Assembly (NCBI GenBank): GCA_013239625.1
Contig: MU053881.1
Location: 1,736,001 to 1,800,000 of the forward strand
Length of the DNA: 64,000 nt
Reading direction: 5' to 3'
From: Lama guanicoe
Lineage: Eukaryota
Part shown: piece after piece, positions 58,431 to 64,000 of the stretch
Numbering within the stretch: the first letter of the stretch is position 1
Layout of the letters: the number at the start of each line of letters is the position of its first letter
Made by a program: the position numbers and the translations under genes
Notes under the pieces: model-generated
Databases searched by the model: none
What the model was told of the DNA's origin: nothing
Seen by the model: only the letters and a program-made list of their open reading frames with translations

Positions 58431-61400
58431 TTTATCATACCCCCCCAAAAAAGAAGTATCTTCAAAAGTCCTTGCCGTGTGCCTGCACGGTCCTAGATGG
58501 TGGAGATACAGACTTTGCCCTTAGGAATTTAGAGCCCAAAGAGGGAGGTGGCCATTGGAAAAATTAAGCGAGTATGTAAATGCACTTGCAGAACAGTAGG
58601 AGGTGTCTGAGTTTACGAAAGTGAGGCTAAACCTTGTCCAAGAAGGGGAGGGTGTCAGGGAAGATCTCCCTGAAGAAAGGACAGCACCAAGCTGAGTATG
58701 GAGGATGAACAGGCATTGCCAGTAAAAGAATGAAGAATTTCAGGCAGAAGGAAGACACTGGAAGAAGAAAGACATTGAGATCAAGCAACAGTAGGCAGTG
58801 TGACTGGAGCCACAGAAACACAGTGTGAGAAGAGACTGCAGATCCAGGCAGAGGCCAGGCTATGCAAGGTCTTATAAGCAACTTAACAAGGATTCTGGGT
58901 TGTGTCCTAGGTACAGTGGGAACATATGAAGGGCTGTGAGCAGGGGAAAGGCATGACTGAATTTTCAGTCTTTAAGAGATCCCTTTAATTGCTGTGTAGA
59001 GGTGGGGTAATAGTGTATGTTGGGGAGATGGAACTTAAGCTTATGGTCTAGGATAGGACTGGGGACATGGAAGTGAAAAGGTGGATGGAACTGAAGTTTA
59101 AGAGGCACAATTTGTTGAACATGGGATGAAAGAGAAAAGGAATATCATGAATGACATGACATAAACAAAATGGAGACAGCTGCTGTGCTCGTTAGCGCTG
59201 GCTGGAAGCAGAAAATCTGTAGGAAGATGATTATGAGTTTAGTTTTGGACATACTGAATTTGAGATGCCTGTCAGCTATCCAAGTGGAGATTCCAAATAA
59301 ACTGTTGGATTTATGCACCTGAAGCTCAGAAGAGAGTACCGAGCTGTAGAAAAATATAAAAGTCATTTGCTTATGGATTATATTTGATGATAAGAATGAG
59401 TATAATTCCCTTGTCCCAAAGATCAGATTTACAATCATTGAAATATATATATATGTATATATATATATATAAAACATATGGTGCCTAAAGATAGACATTG
59501 TCTTCCAGAATATTCCTATCTTGAAGAGAATAAGTTTTAAAAATCCTGCCACCACCAAGCTAGTCAAAACTGGTGAGATGCCCTTAGACTATGGCAGTTC
59601 TGGTGGCTTTCCCACCTAAGACGCTTCTGACGGCTTGGGGTCCGGGAACACCGCCTGGGAGGCAGACTCCCATTTACTCAGAGGAGCCTATCAGTTCATC
59701 AGAGGATAATTCCAGAGAGTGAGTCAGAACTCTCTGAGGGACTGCTACGCGAGCAACTCAGAAGCGCTGCCCTTGTTGCTCCAAATGATGCCCTGATCCT
59801 AGAGCAGTAACAGCTGAACAGAGTGCCTGGGGTGCCCTTCCAGCCAGGTCTGGGGAGGCTGCTTTTTGCTTCTTGGTCCCTGAAGCTCTCCTGCTGCTGT
59901 TAAGTTTGTCAGCCTCTGCTCAACTGATGAGCACAGTATTCTGGGTCTAGAAGTGACTTGCAGGAAGTGACCAACACAGTCACCTCTGCTCCTCGTATGC
60001 TCTCCTACACCAAGCAGAGATTTTTCCCCTTAGCTCTCACAGAAGAGAAGCTTTCTTCCACCAAGCCAAGAAAAAACATCTCACAAATCACTTGCCCAAA
60101 TTAGGTTACAGCCCTTGCCTGACTCAATCTTTGTGGCCAGGTTAACAGTACATACAGATTAGAATAGACCAGTCAGGGCCTATCCCTAGAGTGGAGGTTA
60201 AGGTCTATTCAACTCAAACCGCATGACTGAGAGTAGAGGAGGGGTCCCTGAAAGAACCCCTGGCTGTTGTTGGAGGACAGGGACTCGGACGCCGAGAGGA
60301 GGACTCACAAGTGTGCACCACACCTTTTCCACTAAGAGGGCAGGGTGTCTTCACACAAGCTCGGCTGACTTCCCAGTCCCTGGGTCCCCAGGGTGGGGCA
60401 TACTTTAGGGTCTGCATCATGACCTTGAACCATTTTAGAGAAACCATCTGAATTACCCACTTGTTTAAGACTCAGTATTCAGTCTGTAAAAGACGTCTCC
60501 TTGGGTCTGCTCTTAACGAAGACATTTCAAGCGGCAACGAAGGGCCAGCCAGTGAGGGGGAAGGACTTCCTTACCCCACCTCCCAGAATAGATCAGCTTC
60601 CCATTACATGTTCCCACGGCTCCATACTTCCCCTCTGTAACCATGGTCACCTCAGTTAAGGTGTGTGACGTCTGCAGCCCTCAGCAGGCTGTCCCCTCCA
60701 TCAGGCAGCTCAGTCATTGCTGCTCCCCGAGTGCCAAAGGCAGTGCTTCGTTCGACAAATGTTTGTTGAAGGAATAACCACTGCCTGCTTCTTTTACTCT
60801 CTTTGAGCAAAATGGAGCCTGGTGGTCCTGGCCTTGGAAAGGGGCAGGTTTCTGTTTGCCCTTCATCCTCAGAGGGGTAGCCTTTTTGGAACAGAGCTGT
60901 TGAATCCACCCTTCTGAACTCTGCAGCCTCAGTCCCCTCCTCCCGCACTCCAGGTGTCCTATTCACTGTTAAATAAACCAACCTTAACTGGTCCTGGTCT
61001 CCTCTGACTTCTGCCCCAAATCGTTGGCACTCAGGTGCCTTGGAGTGATTTACCTTTCAGGGCCCCTCACCTCCCTCTCTCATTGACCCCAGGCTTCCCC
61101 CCAGATAGTTCCTCCAAAATCACTCCCCAGATCCACTGTCTCGCTCAGTTCCCCCCCTCCACCTCTCCTTGGCATCTGGGATCACTGGTGACCTCCCCTG
61201 GGAACACTCCAGCCATCCCCCTCCTCCTCATCTCCCTCCTGCCTCGGAGACATGGTCTTCCCTCCCTCGGGCCGTGACCCAGGGAGTCAATGCAGATGCA
61301 GCCTGCCTACCCTAAGTCCAGTCCTGCGGATCTAGTTCTGTCCAGCTCAGTGAGGCAGGATGAAACACCTCTTCCAGGCGGAGCCCACCGGAGCCTGGCG

Positions 61401-62013
61401 GCAGACTGTCTAGAAGAGCAGTGAAGCCTGGAGGGCTGAGGGAGGTGGTGAAGACTTGTGCCTTGGGCTTCTCTCCCACCCGAGCGTCCCCTGGCCTCAG
61501 TCCCCAGCCCTGCCCCAACTCCTTGCCAGTTTATAACTAAGAGAGGTCATCTTTTGCCCCATCCCCTTCCCCAGCCGCAGGTGACAAACTGGTGGTTCAC
61601 ACACAATTGCTTTGGCCTGCCATACTTTTTTTTTAAGTTTCAATTAGTTGCTATCATTTAAAAATTAACCAATTTCACTTAAGAATCCAAATTTCTAGTC
61701 TCTTTTGAAAAATCAGAAGATCTGGCAACACCAGGCCCACATTCCTGCCCAGTGACCACCAGCTAGAGCTGGTCTCACTGCTCCCTTCCGTTGGGGCTGG
61801 CATGCTGGTCTCTGCAGTTTTAACTCTCCCGATGGCCCCGGCCACCCACGTCAGCAGCCTGGCTTCTAAACTGTATCTCAGCATGAGGCGGTCCAGGGGA
61901 AGGAACAAAAGCCCGCAGATCTCAGCACATGAAGGAGGGCAGGGCTGGGTGAGCAGGAAGGCAGGTCGGAGGGTCCCAGTTGGGAGCCACAGCCCAGCTG
62001 CTCCCCATCACTG

Positions 62014-62019
62014 TTTATT
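62014..62019 (-). terminator. probable B4GALT7 poly(A) signal
   Basis: AATAAA on the minus strand about 210 nt after the stop codon. Confidence 0.6.
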
Positions 62020-62226
62020 GCTAGCAGCGTTGCAGGTACCCTGTGTGTGTCCTGTCCTGGCTCAAGCCTGCCTTGGGGGCGGGGCTGCTGCAAACACGTG
62101 GCTTGCTGTCCGCTACTTCAGGCCACGCCACGTCCTACTGGAGCTGGGCCTGAAGCTTGAGGCTTTGTCCTGGGCCTGAGGAACAGTGTGGCCTGTAGGC
62201 ACAGGCTTCCTTACTGTCCAGCCACC

Positions 62227-62412
<186 letters not shown>

Positions 62413-62699
62413 TCAGGGCTTTGTGGGTGCCAGCTGTCCACTGATGCCCCACGACCTCGTCATCAGAGGTCCTGTGAGCCCCACTGAAGAGACAGGGAAG
62501 TGAGGCTCAGAGACGTGAAGTCTCTTGCCCATGGCTGCACCCCCGAGTCAGCGGGAAAGCAGGGATTTTCCAGTTGAATTAATTTGGCTGCCGGAGAAGA
62601 AGCTGTTTGAGGGGTGGGGACTCCTGTGTCACAGGTCTGCCTAGGATTCTGGTCCCATCTCCAACTCCCACACACACACCTCGTCTGCATGGACTCCTA

Positions 62700-62984
<285 letters not shown>

Positions 62985-63252
62985 CTAAGGGAGCCAAAGG
63001 AAGTTGGGTCAGGCTGCCTCCCCTGGAGCCCCGGCCCTCACCACTAGCCCTCTGTGGTGCCACTACCTGCAGGGCCCACAGGCAGGGGCCTGCACCCCCA
63101 GTCTGCAGGAGAGGTGTGCCAGTCGGGGTCAGGGCTGGGGTCAGAACCAGGGCTGCTGTCTCCCAACCCCAGGAACTTCATTTGGAGACAGAGAGAAGAA
63201 CCTCGGTGCAGTCATGACGGCCGAGGAGGTGCGGGGCGGCGGGGAGTGTTAC

Positions 63253-63336
63253 CTGGAGCCCCGCTCCTTTGATGCGCCGGTAGAACTCGTCGTCCTCGCG
63301 GCCCCAGCCCCAGAAGCGGTTGGACATCCCGTTACA
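63253..63336 (-). CDS. B4GALT7: B4GALT7 catalytic-motif exon (gene continues beyond the window)
   Basis: [28 protein letters not shown] (GT7 WGWGxEDD motif); gtcag| and |gtaaca. Confidence 0.97.
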
Positions 63337-64000
63337 CTGACACAGAGACAGGCAGCGTCACTTGCCCCCTCCTCCCAGGGGTGCTCCTTGGTCTCCTACC
63401 ACTCAGGAGTCCCCAGCACAAGCCGGCCTGGGCCAGGCCCCCTTTCCTCCTCCTCCTCCCTGGCAGTTCTGAATGGACACTCAGATGCTTACAGCTCCTA
63501 CCACCTCTGTGGTACTGGCAGAAGTCAGCACGCCCCAGTCCCTCCAGCTGTTATAATGGGGCCTTGAACTTGTGTGAGGTGATTAGTTTCTCATAAATGT
63601 CTGACTGGCGGGGAGGGGACCTCTGGAGAGCTGAAGACGGGCAGAAGTGCCAGCTCCTGCTCGGTTTCTCCCTGGCCCCATGCTCCCCCTTCTGCCAGCA
63701 GGGCTCTGCCCTGGTCTCTCCCTTTCTGTGGGAGAGGGACAGTGGGCTCTAGGGCAGACACCCATTTTTACCACCGGACTTCAGGCTTCATTTACATTAG
63801 CTGGCTCCAGCCACAGCTTGAAGAGAGGAGCAGGAGGTGAGGGTCTAAGCCACTCAGTTCTTCCTACCCCCACCCTCTGCCATAGTGACTGATTCAGGGA
63901 GGGACCCGTGACGCAAGTCAAGCCAATCAAGAGGCAGCATGGACCAGCTGTGGGCCCCCTGTCTAGGCTGTTGGGAAGGGGGCTCCACCTTCCACTAGGC

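Noticed and set aside
60030..60150. Further + strand exon candidate (DSHRREAFFHQAKKKHL...)
   Set aside because: It lies in what looks like an old MLT1-type LTR remnant and has a weak donor

Overview
This is mammalian genomic DNA, not prokaryotic. It is most likely camelid, judged from a recurring tRNA-derived SINE resembling the camelid Vic-1 family. It holds four recognisable spliced genes, all with canonical GT-AG junctions reconstructed by hand: NHP2 (+, 4 coding exons, 153 aa), RMND5B (-, 9 coding exons, 393 aa, convergent with NHP2), N4BP3 (-, 4 coding exons, 543 aa) and the last three coding exons of B4GALT7 (-, gene continues past the window end). The rest is CpG-island promoters, introns and a 27-kb repeat-rich interval (L1, L2/MIR, ERV LTRs, DNA transposons, SINEs). 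Most ORFs in the supplied track are spurious. The best leads are hypotheses, not established facts: (1) an N4BP3 uORF whose AUG is the last codon of exon 1, in frame with the CDS, which may steer initiation to a second, myristoylation-type start (MGSVGS); (2) a chain of phase-compatible + strand exon candidates at 54.9-59.7 kb that looks like a decayed unannotated gene or lncRNA; (3) an orphan TATA/E-box promoter with a splice donor at 47.85-48.24 kb; (4) probable overlap of the NHP2 and RMND5B 3' ends; (5) a nested LTR stack carrying a copied 120-bp piece of local DNA. Repeat family names come from recognition, not from a database search.
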